Of a stretch of 64,000 nt of DNA, positions 52,537 through 62,864 are shown in pieces (position 1 is the first letter of the stretch; each line of letters opens with the position of its first letter). The translations under genes and the position numbers were made by a program. This DNA is from a bacterium (lineage in GTDB: Bacteria; UBA8248), in assembly GCA_965213625.1 (NCBI GenBank), contig CBDBZU010000004.1, positions 32,001-96,000 of the forward strand. Direction: 5' to 3'. The notes under the pieces are model-generated. The model ran no database searches. It worked only from the letters and a program-made list of their open reading frames with translations, and was not told where the DNA came from.

Positions 52537-54066
52537 CTATTCGGCGGAAGTTCCCCCGGTAAGCCCGAGTTTCGCCGCTCGGAACATGGCGGCCATGCTG
52601 TAGACCGCGGTGATGAGGGAGAGCACGAGAATGGTCGCCGTGATGGGGCTGGACAGGAGCGCCCACATGTCCCCGCCCGATATCGTGAGCGCGCGGCTCA
52701 GGTTGATCTCGATGATCGGCCCCATGATGAACGCGAGCACGATGGGCACAACGGGAATGTTGATCTTCTCGAAGAAATAGGCGAGCGCGCCCAGGATGAG
52801 CACCATGACGACGTGGGACGTGTAGTTCGCATACACGAAGCTGCCGACGACGATGAGGATCAGGACGAACGGCCCCAAGATGCGACGGGGCACCTTGGCG
52901 ACGAGGCTGAAGGCGCGGGTGCCGACGAGGCCCGTGCACAGGAGCATGAGGTTGATCACGAAAAGGCCGATGAACACCGTCATCACGAACGTACCGTTGT
53001 CGCGGAAGAGCAGCGGCCCGGGAACCAGCCCCTTGCTGATCAGGACGCCCAGTAGAATGGCCGCGCCGCCCGAACCCGGAATGCCGAGCGAGAGCGAGGG
53101 CACGAGCGTGCCCGCGACCAGGGCGTTGTTCGAACACTCGGGCGCGGCGACGCCCTCGATAATGCCGGTGCCGAATTTATCCGAGCGCTTCGACCACCGC
53201 CTCTCCTCGCTGTAGGCCAGCATGCCGGCGATGGAGCCGCCCGCTCCCGGCACGGCGCCGACTCCCGTTCCGATCAAGCTCGCGCGAATCCAGGTGGGAA
53301 TGAGACTGCGCACTTCCCACCGCTGAATCCGGTTGCGCTCATCGGCGGCGCCTTGAGAGGCGGTTTCTGTATTCTCAATCGTGCGCCGGTGCTCCACCAG
53401 GAGATGGAACGCCTCGGGCCCGGCCAGGAAGGCGATGATGACGACGACGAGCGGGATGCCGTCCATCAGGTAACCCTGGTCGAAGGTGAACCGCAGTCCG
53501 CCGAAGCCCGAACTCCCGACCGTGGCCAGCAGCAATCCGATGCCCGTCGCGAGGAAGCCGCGCGCGGCGTCTTTTCCGAAGAAGCTCGCCACTATCGACA
53601 GGCCGAACACGCCGACCGCGAACAACTCGCCCGGTCCGAACATCAGGGCGACGTTGCCGAGCGAGGTGCCTGCGATGATGAAGATCAGCGTGCTCGTAAC
53701 GCCGCCGATCACCCCCGAGTAGAGGGAGACGCGCAACGCCTTGCGCGCGAGTCCGTTGCGGGTCATCGCGTAGCCGTCGAGCACGGTGACGGCGGACGCA
53801 CCCGTCCCCGGCGTGCGGATCAGGATGGCCGGAATGGAGCTTCCGTATTCGACCCCCGAATAGACGGCGAGGAAGAACATGGTCGCGTGCTCCACGGGCA
53901 TCGTGAAGGTCAGGGGAAAAAGAAGGGCCAGCGCCTGGGAACTGCCGAACCCCGGCATCGCGCCCATGAGGACGCCGATGGCGACTCCCCCCAGCATGAT
54001 CGCAAGGATGGCGGGCGAGGCGAGTTGGCTGGTCGCTGCGAATATGTGCCCGAGAGTTCCTTCCAT
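52537..54066 (-). CDS. tctA: Tripartite tricarboxylate transporter permease
   Basis: GAMPGFG, YGSSIPAILIRTPG, GVAAPECSNN, LSLGIPGS. Confidence 0.93.
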   Translation of the reverse strand: MEGTLGHIFAATSQLASPAILAIMLGGVAIGVLMGAMPGFGSSQALALLFPLTFTMPVEHATMFFLAVYSGVEYGSSIPAILIRTPGTGASAVTVLDGYAMTRNGLARKALRVSLYSGVIGGVTSTLIFIIAGTSLGNVALMFGPGELFAVGVFGLSIVASFFGKDAARGFLATGIGLLLATVGSSGFGGLRFTFDQGYLMDGIPLVVVIIAFLAGPEAFHLLVEHRRTIENTETASQGAADERNRIQRWEVRSLIPTWIRASLIGTGVGAVPGAGGSIAGMLAYSEERRWSKRSDKFGTGIIEGVAAPECSNNALVAGTLVPSLSLGIPGSGGAAILLGVLISKGLVPGPLLFRDNGTFVMTVFIGLFVINLMLLCTGLVGTRAFSLVAKVPRRILGPFVLILIVVGSFVYANYTSHVVMVLILGALAYFFEKINIPVVPIVLAFIMGPIIEINLSRALTISGGDMWALLSSPITATILVLSLITAVYSMAAMFRAAKLGLTGGTSAE

Positions 54067-54095
54067 CTATCACTGCCCTTCCATCGAATACGGCC

Positions 54096-54644
54096 CTAGA
54101 GGATATAGATCGGCAAGAATTTGAGCGGCAACGGGATGTTCAGCATCGGCACCAGTCCCAGATACAGGATGAGCATCGTCGCCAGAGACAACAAAAAGCC
54201 CAGCACCAGCGCGCCGCGCGGTGCCGATTCCGCCCGCATGCGCGGGACCAGCAGGCACATCATGAGCGCGACGGTCATGATCTCGAACCCTATCGGCTCG
54301 AGCAAAAGCGCGTAGAGGTAAACGAACACGACGATGGAGACGAACTCCGCCCAATGCGTCTGGAGGTATGGGTCCTCGCCGCCTGCGGACTGCGCCTCCG
54401 GGGGCAGGAAAAACCCGCGCCCCAGGACGATGAGCGCCCAGATAATCGAGAAACCCAGAGCCAGCCGGGGGAAAAAGGCGTCGCCCGGATACCCCGGCTC
54501 GTAAGGAGGCTGCATCGCATAGGTTTCGTAGTAGAGATACACGAGTCCCCCCAGGATGAGGGCGGTGGTGGTCAACACCGCCGCCCTCATCGGAACCTTC
54601 AACTCATAGGGAGACGACGCGCTGTTTTCATTTTCTTCGGTCAT
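54096..54644 (-). CDS. tctB: Tripartite tricarboxylate transporter small subunit
   Basis: Four to five TMs, PGDAFFP, located between tctC and tctA. Confidence 0.85.
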   Translation of the reverse strand: MTEENENSASSPYELKVPMRAAVLTTTALILGGLVYLYYETYAMQPPYEPGYPGDAFFPRLALGFSIIWALIVLGRGFFLPPEAQSAGGEDPYLQTHWAEFVSIVVFVYLYALLLEPIGFEIMTVALMMCLLVPRMRAESAPRGALVLGFLLSLATMLILYLGLVPMLNIPLPLKFLPIYIL

Positions 54645-54693
54645 GTTCGCGCCTTACCGACGGCGGAGCCTTCCGCCGTCGGCTCAAATCCAG

Positions 54694-55683
54694 CTACTTC
54701 TTGATGATATTGTGGTCGAGCATGAATTGTTTCACGACCGCCTGGTTCTTCGCCATGTCCTTGTTGAGCCACTCCGAGCCCGTCTTGACGTCCAGGACGA
54801 TGTGCGTCCCCTTGGAGAGATAGTCCTTGTAGTCGGGCGAGCTGGTCACCTTGTAGACGGCGTCTTCCAGTATTTTCATGACTGCCGGAGGCGTGCCCCG
54901 CTTGACCATGAGGCCCTGCCAGTGAAGCGGGAGGTCGTATTTGAGGCCGACTTCCACCGCGCTCCGGACGTTCTTCCAGATCGGGTCGTGCGAGAGGCGC
55001 TTATGGGTCTGCGATACGAGCGGGCAGATGGTTCCCGCCTCGATATGCGGCCGCCACGTACGCGGCGAGGCCTGCCCGCTGGGGAGATGGCCGCCGAGTA
55101 CGTCCTTCACCACGTTGCCGTCGCCACGGTAGAAGATCGTCTTGACTTTGTCACCGATGCCCGCGGCCTTCAGGAAGGCGAGCTGATGACGGTGGTGCGT
55201 GGAGCCCCGCTTGTTGGAGCCCATCGACAGTTTGCCGGGGTTCTTCTTGGCGTAGGCGACGAGGTCCTCGAACGTCTTGATGCCGTACTTGTTGTTGCAC
55301 TTTACTGCGACGCCGTAGACGTGCTTCTCGACCTGGGCCAGCGTCTGGAAGTCGTTGTACGTCCTCCTGTAGTGCGGCAGGTGGAAATACCCGTAGAAGC
55401 TGGCGCTGATGTGCATGATGATGTGACCGTCGGCGGGCTTGCCCGAAACGTAGAGAACCGGCTCGTGCTGCGAGCCACCGCTCTTGAAGGTCACCCGCAT
55501 GGGAACGCCGAGCACCTTTGGAAACTCCTGGGCGAGAAGCTGGCACCAGACCGCCACGCTCGAACCAGGCGAGGTCGTGCAGATCAGCTCCATCGGTTTG
55601 GAGGGGAACTTCATTGCCAGCGCGGGAGCGCTCCATAAAATGAGAACGGCTGCGAGTACGAGTATGCGTTTGAAGCTCGACAT
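54694..55683 (-). CDS. tctC: Tripartite tricarboxylate transporter substrate-binding protein
   Basis: Signal peptide, FPSKPMELI, KPADGH, YAKKNPGKL, VLGGH. Confidence 0.9.
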   Translation of the reverse strand: MSSFKRILVLAAVLILWSAPALAMKFPSKPMELICTTSPGSSVAVWCQLLAQEFPKVLGVPMRVTFKSGGSQHEPVLYVSGKPADGHIIMHISASFYGYFHLPHYRRTYNDFQTLAQVEKHVYGVAVKCNNKYGIKTFEDLVAYAKKNPGKLSMGSNKRGSTHHRHQLAFLKAAGIGDKVKTIFYRGDGNVVKDVLGGHLPSGQASPRTWRPHIEAGTICPLVSQTHKRLSHDPIWKNVRSAVEVGLKYDLPLHWQGLMVKRGTPPAVMKILEDAVYKVTSSPDYKDYLSKGTHIVLDVKTGSEWLNKDMAKNQAVVKQFMLDHNIIKK

Positions 55684-56009
55684 CGTTTTCCCTCCTTCAA
55701 GGGGTGGGTATGATGGGGTAGGTAGGAACCCCCACTTTCTGTGGGTAATAGGTATTAAAGCTTATACCATTTCCCGGTGGAACATACAAATTTTTGTTTT
55801 TCGGGTGGGCCGCTTCGCATGGCGTCCGGGGAAAGCGCCACGACGACGGGCGGCGCAAATGGTCTGAACGGGGTGCAAAAGCCTTTCGAATCCTGTCTAA
55901 TGTCGACATCTTTAATTTCGACACCATGAAAATCCCGAGGCGCGAGGGACCCCGAAGAGCGCGAAGCAGCGGCGGCGCTTGGCCTCAGGATAACCGGAGG
56001 AATTCATCC

Positions 56010-56900
56010 ATGACCGACAGCAGCGTGTTGTCCTACAGCGGCGTCACGGATTTGGGCGGCGGCAAGGCCTACGCCCTCCACAACGTCTTCGAGCTCGACG
56101 GGCGCATCAGCGCCTATCCCAAAAGCGCCAGGGGCTTCGCTCCCTCGAACTGCTACCTCCTTTGCGAGGATGACGGCGCGATCCTGCTCGACACGGGCTA
56201 CAACGGGCACAAGCAATCCCTGTTCGAGCAGATAGGCTCCATCATCACGCCCGACACCCCGCTCTCGATCTACCCGCTCAGGCTCAACGAGTTCATGTCC
56301 GTCGGGAACGCCGCGGCGCTCGCCCGCGAGTTCAACGTCGTGGAGTGCTTCGCCCGGCGGCCCGACATGGACTTCTGGCTCGATTTCGACGTGGAGAAAT
56401 TCGGCCCCAAGAGCGAGGAGGAGCAGATATTCCCGACGACCGTCCTCGGAAACGAACTCGAATGCCGCGTCGGCGGGAACGAGAGCCGCGTCATCAGCGG
56501 CATCAACGCGCCCATCCGCCTCATCACCACCATGTGGATTTACGACGAAGCCACCCGCACCCTCTTCTCCTCGGACATGTTCAGCCACATCTGGGGAGAC
56601 GACCCCGAAGGCCCCTGGTCGGTGGAGGAAGATTCCGTGACGACGCCTGAGTTCGTGCGCTCGTTCCTGCTGAACACGCGCTACTGGTGGCTCGAGGGCG
56701 TGGATACCGGGCATGTCCGCAAAGGCATCGCCGACGTCTTCGACCGTTACGACATCGAAAACCTCGCCCCCGGCTACGGGGCCATACTCATGGGACGCGA
56801 ACTGGTCGAACGCCAGTTCTCGGTGCTCGACGATGTGCTGCGCGATCTGGATCGCTCCGTCGTCGACCCGCGCTACGTTCCCCGCGACATGGAAAGGTAA
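56010..56900 (+). CDS. Metallo-beta-lactamase-fold protein with degenerate metal motif
   Basis: NCYLL..AILLDTG, WIYDEATRTLFSSDMF, LAPGYG. The His motif is replaced by PLRLNEF. GGAGG RBS. Confidence 0.75.
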   Translation: MTDSSVLSYSGVTDLGGGKAYALHNVFELDGRISAYPKSARGFAPSNCYLLCEDDGAILLDTGYNGHKQSLFEQIGSIITPDTPLSIYPLRLNEFMSVGNAAALAREFNVVECFARRPDMDFWLDFDVEKFGPKSEEEQIFPTTVLGNELECRVGGNESRVISGINAPIRLITTMWIYDEATRTLFSSDMFSHIWGDDPEGPWSVEEDSVTTPEFVRSFLLNTRYWWLEGVDTGHVRKGIADVFDRYDIENLAPGYGAILMGRELVERQFSVLDDVLRDLDRSVVDPRYVPRDMER

Positions 56901-56902
56901 TC

Positions 56903-57676
56903 ATGAACCCCCACGAAAATCCCCTACCGCGCGAAATCGCACCCGGCATCTTCTGGCTCGGCATCTGCCACGAACAGCACCACAAGGGAAAGATTTACCA
57001 CAGCTACAACGCAGCCTTCCTCCTCATCGGCTCGGCGGGCACCATGCTCGTCGAAACGGGCCACCAGGGGGATTTCCCCGTCGTCTCCCGCCAGGTGAGC
57101 GAGATTCTGGCCGAGCGCGGCTCCACGCTCAAATACCTCTTCTTGTCGCATCAGGAAACGCCCCACGCGGGTGGGCTGGGCAGGCTGCTCGAAACATACC
57201 CCGAGATGACGGTCTACTGCGACGTGAGCGACTACCATCTCTCCTACCCCGAGCACGCGGACAGGATGCGGCAGATGGAAATAGGCGACGAGATCGACCT
57301 GGGCGACAGACGCTTCATCGCCGTCGAACCGGTCATCCGCGACTTGAGAACCTCGCTCTGGGGGTTCGACACCGGCGCGCGCGCCCTCTTTCCCGGCGAC
57401 GGCTTCGCCTACAGTCACTACCACTGGGACGGCCACTGCGGAAAAATTGCGGAAGAGGCCGACTCGCTCGACCTGGCGGAAGTCCTGGGCGTGTTCGCGG
57501 AACGCGCGCTGTTCTGGACGCGCTTCGCCGACATGAACATCTATTCGGACCGCCTGGAAGCGTTGCTCGAAGAACTCGACGTCACCGTCGTCGCGCCCTC
57601 CCACGGACTGCCGATTCTCGACCTCGCAGTCACCATGCCCAAGGTGCGCGAAGGTCTCATCGCCGGAAAGATTTGA
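56903..57676 (+). CDS. Metallo-beta-lactamase-fold protein (flavodiiron/ODP-like)
   Basis: REIAPGIFWLG, SHQETPHAGG, LFPGDGF, VAPSHG. Confidence 0.82.
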   Translation: MNPHENPLPREIAPGIFWLGICHEQHHKGKIYHSYNAAFLLIGSAGTMLVETGHQGDFPVVSRQVSEILAERGSTLKYLFLSHQETPHAGGLGRLLETYPEMTVYCDVSDYHLSYPEHADRMRQMEIGDEIDLGDRRFIAVEPVIRDLRTSLWGFDTGARALFPGDGFAYSHYHWDGHCGKIAEEADSLDLAEVLGVFAERALFWTRFADMNIYSDRLEALLEELDVTVVAPSHGLPILDLAVTMPKVREGLIAGKI

Positions 57677-57685
57677 GGAGCGCCG

Positions 57686-58882
57686 ATGGATTTTTCCCTG
57701 ACCGACGAACAAAAGGCGCTTCAACGACTAGCGCGCGATTACGTCAACCGCCACGTGAAACCCATCGCCGCCGAGTACGACCGGAACCCGGATCCGCTCG
57801 ACTGCATCCCCGCCGACGTCGTCGAGGAGGGTTCCAGGCTCGGCCTCCGCACCCTGGCGCTGTCTGATGCGCGCGGCGGCGGCGGGGCCGACATGCTCAC
57901 CCTCTCCATCGTCGGCGAAGAGCTGGGCGCGGGCGACTTGGGCGTGGCCGCCACCTTCGATCAGACCTGGAAGTTCACCCCCATCATCGAACACTGGACG
58001 AACGACGAGCAGAAAGAGCGCTTCCTCCCGGCGTTCGTCTCGGATCACCGTTTCCATCTGGCGACGTGCATCACCGAGCCCGACGCCGGTACGGATCACG
58101 TCCTGCCCTACGCCGCTCCCGGCGCAGGCGTGCAGATGCGCGCCGAGCGCGAGGGCGACGTCTACCGGCTGAGCGGCGTCAAGCGCTTCATTAGCAACGG
58201 CGGAACGGCAAAGCTCTACATCGTCTACACGCGCACCGACAGGACGAAAGGGGGCCTCAAGGGCATGACGCCCTTCCTCGTCCCCGCGGACACGCCGGGC
58301 TTAAGCATCGGGCAGATCCACGACAAGATGGGCCGCCGCCTCCTGAGCAACGCCACGCTCGTCTTCGAGAACGCCGAGGTACCCGCCGTCAACCGGCTGG
58401 GGGAAGAAGAGGGCCAGGCCGAGTCGCTGCGCACCAGCCGAATCGCGCGGGGAAGAGGCGGCTACGGAGCCACCGTGCTCGGCTCGGGCCGGGCCGCCTT
58501 CGAAGAAGCCGTGCGCTACTCGCAGGAGAGGGTGCAGGGCGGAAAACCCATCGGGGGGCACCAGGCCGTCGCCCAGATGATCGGGGAGATGTACACGAAG
58601 CTGGAAATGGCGCGCTCCGTGCTCTGGCGAACCTCATGGGCGGTGGATTACGCCGAGGACTATGATCCCAAAATGTCGTGGCTCACCAAGGTGGTTTGCT
58701 CGGAAGCCGCGTATGATGTCTGCCGCCTGGCGCTCGAGGTGCACGGCGGCGTGGGCTACATGCGCGAATGCCCCGTCGAGAAATACCTGCGCGACGTAAT
58801 CTCGTTCCTCCACGGCGCCGGGAACAACCACATATTCCGTATCAAGATCAGTTCCAGGATCACCGGCCTGCCGGCCGAATAG
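57686..58882 (+). CDS. Acyl-CoA dehydrogenase
   Basis: MDFSLTDEQ, ITEPDAGTD, GVKRFISNG, RVQGGKPI, HGGVGYMRECPVEKYLRD. Confidence 0.95.
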   Translation: MDFSLTDEQKALQRLARDYVNRHVKPIAAEYDRNPDPLDCIPADVVEEGSRLGLRTLALSDARGGGGADMLTLSIVGEELGAGDLGVAATFDQTWKFTPIIEHWTNDEQKERFLPAFVSDHRFHLATCITEPDAGTDHVLPYAAPGAGVQMRAEREGDVYRLSGVKRFISNGGTAKLYIVYTRTDRTKGGLKGMTPFLVPADTPGLSIGQIHDKMGRRLLSNATLVFENAEVPAVNRLGEEEGQAESLRTSRIARGRGGYGATVLGSGRAAFEEAVRYSQERVQGGKPIGGHQAVAQMIGEMYTKLEMARSVLWRTSWAVDYAEDYDPKMSWLTKVVCSEAAYDVCRLALEVHGGVGYMRECPVEKYLRDVISFLHGAGNNHIFRIKISSRITGLPAE

Positions 58883-58943
58883 CGCCCCGGAAAACGACTC
58901 AGGGCGAGACGGCCTTCGGAAAGTTCTGTTCCCGGCCCCTCGA

Positions 58944-59336
58944 TCATGCCTGAATGAGCTCGATGGGCATTTCCTCGGGACCCTCGACAAAGGCGGCGAA
59001 CTTGCCGCTCACGTGGACGGGCATCTCCTGGATAATTGTCACCCCGTTGGCGCGCATATCCTCCAGCAATCCTTGCAGGTCATCCACGACGAAGCAGAAG
59101 TGATGGATTCCGTACCCCTTCGGGCGAGGGCCGTCCGCTTCCGTGAGTCCGTCCGGGGGACGGGGGGTGCGCACGCTGAGCGTCCCCTCCCCCACCCGGA
59201 GGACGAGGTTGCGCGCCCCGGCCGGAAACTGCTCGGCCACTATCTCACTCCCGAAGAAGCGCTCGAACCAATCGGCTACCCCGTCGGGATCCCTGCTGAT
59301 CATATGGACATGATGAAACGCGCCGACTATCGCCAT
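58944..59336 (-). CDS. VOC / glyoxalase family protein
   Basis: FHHVH, GIHHFCFVVDDL, AFVEGPE..IELIQ; GGAG RBS. Confidence 0.88.
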   Translation of the reverse strand: MAIVGAFHHVHMISRDPDGVADWFERFFGSEIVAEQFPAGARNLVLRVGEGTLSVRTPRPPDGLTEADGPRPKGYGIHHFCFVVDDLQGLLEDMRANGVTIIQEMPVHVSGKFAAFVEGPEEMPIELIQA

Positions 59337-59459
59337 TTTTTCATTTCTCCTCTGCGCCAAAACCAACCCCGTATATCCAGCCGCACTCCCCTCACTACCA
59401 CCTTATCGGGGTTGTTGAAAAAACCTGATTTCGTGATTCGGCTCGACGGATGTGAAGTT

Positions 59460-59545
59460 GTAGGGGTCGCATATTATGCGACCCTGCATTTTGCACCTGC
59501 CGACCATAGGCCGCATCATATGTCAGACATATATGTCTGACCTAC
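59460..59545. repeat. Inverted pair of GTAG-family REP palindromes
   Basis: GTAGGGGTCGCATATTATGCGACCC on + and GTAGGTCAGACATATATGTCTGAC on -. Confidence 0.7.
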
Positions 59546-59848
59546 ACACCCTCCGATATGGCGGTAACCCGTCACCGTCATACCGGCATCGCAGGCTTTC
59601 CCAACAATTCCTAAAACCGGCATTCGGAAGGGAATCGTCATCCAGTTTGTATTTCACCATCTGCAGGTTAAGGAGAATCCATCCAGGGAGCAAGGTGACG
59701 AAACACCTGTATTCAAAATAGAATCATCAATTCGCCAGGTTCAAATCCGGGAACAGGGAGCACGCCGCTTGAATCGATCACCTGACCCGATTTTAATCGC
59801 CGTGTACAAACCGAACATCCCATTTTCTTTCCCGCAAGGAGACCCAGG

Positions 59849-60274
59849 ATGACAAAGCAAATCGAATCCGTGGACTGGCCCGACAGGCTCGACGTCTGGA
59901 CGCCCTACTCGATGGCCATCAAGGCGAGCGGCGGGACGACCGTCTATTTCGCAGGGGTCACCGCGGCCCCGCCCTATCATCACCATCCCCACCGGCCCGA
60001 GGAGTTCGACACGCTGCCGGGCGACTTACCCACCCAGACGCGCATGGCGCTCGAGAACCTCAAAAAAAGCTTGGAGGCCGTGGGCGGAACGTTCCGGGAT
60101 ATCGTCTTCTTCCAGTTCTTCTCGACGACGATGGAAGGCGCAGAGGAGGCGGGGGCCATCCGCAAGGAGTATTTCGGCGAGCATCGCCCCGCCTCCACCA
60201 CGCTTCAGGTCGTGCGCCTCGCCACCGACCCCAGGTGCCTGGTGGAGGTCAACGCGATAGCGGTGATGGACTGA
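59849..60274 (+). CDS. RidA / YjgF family protein
   Basis: PYSMAIK, QTRMALENL, PASTTLQV, LVEVNAIAV. Confidence 0.9.
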   Translation: MTKQIESVDWPDRLDVWTPYSMAIKASGGTTVYFAGVTAAPPYHHHPHRPEEFDTLPGDLPTQTRMALENLKKSLEAVGGTFRDIVFFQFFSTTMEGAEEAGAIRKEYFGEHRPASTTLQVVRLATDPRCLVEVNAIAVMD

Positions 60275-60459
60275 GGAGGGCTTCTGTCGTTCTTGCAGGG
60301 CGCGGCGCAAGCAAATATCCGCCATTTTTTCATTGCCCGCACCTGCCGCACTTCGCTATTATCCCGTCCTGTCGAGTCAAGACTGCGAGAATCAAACGAG
60401 GCGCGCCTGCCCTTTTGCAGGGAGTGGCGCGGCGGACCTAATCCAAAGGAGCCAAGGCT

Positions 60460-61305
60460 GTGGACATCATCAACGAGATCGGCGCGACCGCGTTCGTCAT
60501 TTCCTGTATGCGGGCGATGGAAAAAAATCAGGAGCACAAGCTGTTCGACGACCCCTATGCGACGCTGTTCGTCAACGAAGCGATTGAAGAGAAGGTTCAG
60601 GAGCAGATAAGGGTTTTCCCGCCCTCGCTGGAACTGGTTCGTTTCCGGGTGTGCGTCATGAGCGAGGTTGTCGAGCGCGGCATCGCGGACGGCATGAAGC
60701 AGATCGTCTCGCTCGGCGCGGGTTTCGATATGCGCGCCCACATCTATCAGACGGAAGGCGTCAGGTTCTGCGACGTCGACCAGCCTGCGGTGCTGCAGTT
60801 CAAGAACAAGGTCCTGGAAGCAGGCGGCGTCACGCCCTGCGCCGGAATCGATTGCAATTACCTCGAAGTCGACCTGCCCTCGGAACTGAAAAAAGCGGGC
60901 TTCGACCTCGAAGCGCCCATACTCTTCATATGGGAAGGCAACACCATGTACCTGCCGGTCGACCTGATCCACGATTTCCTCGCTCGAATGCGCGCGCAGG
61001 TCCCTCGTATGACCATCGCTTTCGATTATTTCTCCGAAAAGATCATCAACCGCACGTCCGGCGACGACAGGATCACCGAAGTCACGGATTTTTTCGAGAA
61101 CAACTTCAATGTGAAATGGGTGACGGGCTTCGACGACCTTTCCGTCCTCACGGAAAAGCACGGCTTCGAAGTGGTCGAATCCGAAAGCCTGATGGCAGTC
61201 GGCGAGCGACGCGCGCCGCAGTCCGTGGCGGCTGTCAAAGAGTACATGGACTTGGCGGCCAGTCTGTTGGAGTTGTATTCCTACTGCGTGCTCAAAGCGT
61301 CCTGA
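60460..61305 (+). CDS. SAM-dependent methyltransferase, leucine carboxyl methyltransferase-like (paralog 1)
   Basis: LFDDPYA, QIVSLGAGFDMR, DVDQP, IWEGNTMYL. Confidence 0.9.
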   Translation: MDIINEIGATAFVISCMRAMEKNQEHKLFDDPYATLFVNEAIEEKVQEQIRVFPPSLELVRFRVCVMSEVVERGIADGMKQIVSLGAGFDMRAHIYQTEGVRFCDVDQPAVLQFKNKVLEAGGVTPCAGIDCNYLEVDLPSELKKAGFDLEAPILFIWEGNTMYLPVDLIHDFLARMRAQVPRMTIAFDYFSEKIINRTSGDDRITEVTDFFENNFNVKWVTGFDDLSVLTEKHGFEVVESESLMAVGERRAPQSVAAVKEYMDLAASLLELYSYCVLKAS

Positions 61306-61310
61306 GCTCC

Positions 61311-62132
61311 GTGGAAATCAACGAGGTCGGCTCCACGGCCTTTTTCCCCGCATGCGTCCGGCAGATGGAAAAAGACGAGGCGCGTCCCCTGTTCGAAGAT
61401 CCCTACGCGGGATGGTTCATCGACGAGGAAGCGACGGCGAAGTTCCGCGAGCTCATCCGCACCTTTCCGGCTGTCCGGGAGACGGCGCGCTACCGCGTGT
61501 GCATCATGAACGAGACGCTTAAGCGCGCGATCGCGGACGGCGTAAGCCAAGTCGTCACGCTGGGCGCCGGCTTCGACATGCGCTCGCAATTATACGCCAC
61601 CCCCGGCGTCAGCTTCTGCGACGTCGATCAGCCTGGGGTCCTCGAATTCAAGCGGAATGTTCTCGAAACGCACGGCGTCGCGCCCTGCGCCGCGGTTCCA
61701 GGCAATTACCTGGAAATCGACCTCCCCGGAGAACTCGGCCAGGCGGGCTTCGACCTGGAGGCGCAGACCCTGTTCATGTGGGAGGGGAACACCATGTACC
61801 TGCCGGCAAATCTCATCCATGACTTTCTGGATAGATTGCGCGCGCGGATTCCAAGCCTCATCGTCGCCTTTGATTATTTCTCGGAAAAAATCATCAACCG
61901 CACCTCCGGGAACGAGACGATGACGGCGACTTCGGATTATTTCGAAAGAAATTTCGGGGCGAAATGGGTGACGGGTTTTGACGATCTCTCCGTCTTCGAG
62001 AAGAGAAACAATTTCAAGATCATCCGCTCGGGCGCCATGCTGGACGTGTGCATGCGCTATGCGCCCGAATCCGCTCCGGCGCTCGCCGAGTGGACGGGGC
62101 TGCATTCCTACTGCGTGCTCGAATCCGCCTGA
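61311..62132 (+). CDS. SAM-dependent methyltransferase, LCM-like (paralog 2)
   Basis: Same motifs. GTG start at 61311 aligns with the paralog 1 N-terminus. Confidence 0.88.
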   Translation: MEINEVGSTAFFPACVRQMEKDEARPLFEDPYAGWFIDEEATAKFRELIRTFPAVRETARYRVCIMNETLKRAIADGVSQVVTLGAGFDMRSQLYATPGVSFCDVDQPGVLEFKRNVLETHGVAPCAAVPGNYLEIDLPGELGQAGFDLEAQTLFMWEGNTMYLPANLIHDFLDRLRARIPSLIVAFDYFSEKIINRTSGNETMTATSDYFERNFGAKWVTGFDDLSVFEKRNNFKIIRSGAMLDVCMRYAPESAPALAEWTGLHSYCVLESA

Positions 62133-62358
62133 GTCTCACTTCCATCTCGGGGGTGTTTCGAAAAAACGCAGACATTGCAATCATTCCCCCCTTGAAGGTC
62201 ATTGGCGACTGATGAAAGAGGAAGAATCACTCCCCCCTTGGGGGGGGAGTGGTTGGTTAGTGTTCTACAAGGTGGGGGCAGTAGGGACAGGTCGCGACCT
62301 GTCCCTACCGGAAACACAAAAATCGACAAACAAATAAACGATCGAATCCGCAGAATCC

Positions 62359-62736
62359 CTACAGCGTAATGACGAGGTCGGGCGCGGCGGGGGCGAGTGC
62401 GGCGTAGAGCTGCGGGAAGCAGCCTGCGCCCACGCCGGCCACCAGGCCCTTCGCCTTGACGTCGCCCGATCCGCATTGCTCGAACGTGCCCTCGGCGAGG
62501 TTGCGCCGCACGGCGCACTGATCGCAGACCATGAGGAGGATATTCTGCTCCGCGGGGACCTTGGCCAGGCGCTCGCCCACCTCGTCGCCCTCGCGCAGGC
62601 AGAACAGGTTGTCGTCGAAAAAGAACATGCCGACGACGTTCACACCGTGGTTGCCGGCTTCGAGTTGCGGCAGGATCATCGTGCCCAGTTTGTAGGTGGC
62701 CGACATGTCGGTGGCGAAAACGTATGCGATGTTCAT
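62359..62736 (-). CDS. DsrE-related (SaoD-like) protein
   Basis: YKLGTMILPQLE, GMFFFDDN, CDQCA, GCFP, DLVITL. Confidence 0.8.
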   Translation of the reverse strand: MNIAYVFATDMSATYKLGTMILPQLEAGNHGVNVVGMFFFDDNLFCLREGDEVGERLAKVPAEQNILLMVCDQCAVRRNLAEGTFEQCGSGDVKAKGLVAGVGAGCFPQLYAALAPAAPDLVITL

Positions 62737-62864
62737 TGTTTCAGTTCCTCCTCAGGTGTGTCTCTCGACTGGTTGAAAATGACCCTGCTACCCCTGTTCA
62801 CATCAAGTAATGTGTATTTTACGCTTGGAAACGGGGGTGAGCCTCTCATCCCGCGCAACCGGCG

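Noticed and set aside
59522-59541. Perfect 20-bp palindrome GTCAGACATATATGTCTGAC as a GntR-type operator
   Set aside because: It is headed by GTAG on the minus strand and paired with another GTAG palindrome, so a REP element explains it better.
60651-61310. 493 aa ORF 60651-62132 and 400 aa ORF 46308-47510 as long fusion proteins
   Set aside because: Their N-terminal extensions overlap the upstream paralogs in another frame; true starts align at 61311 and 46665.
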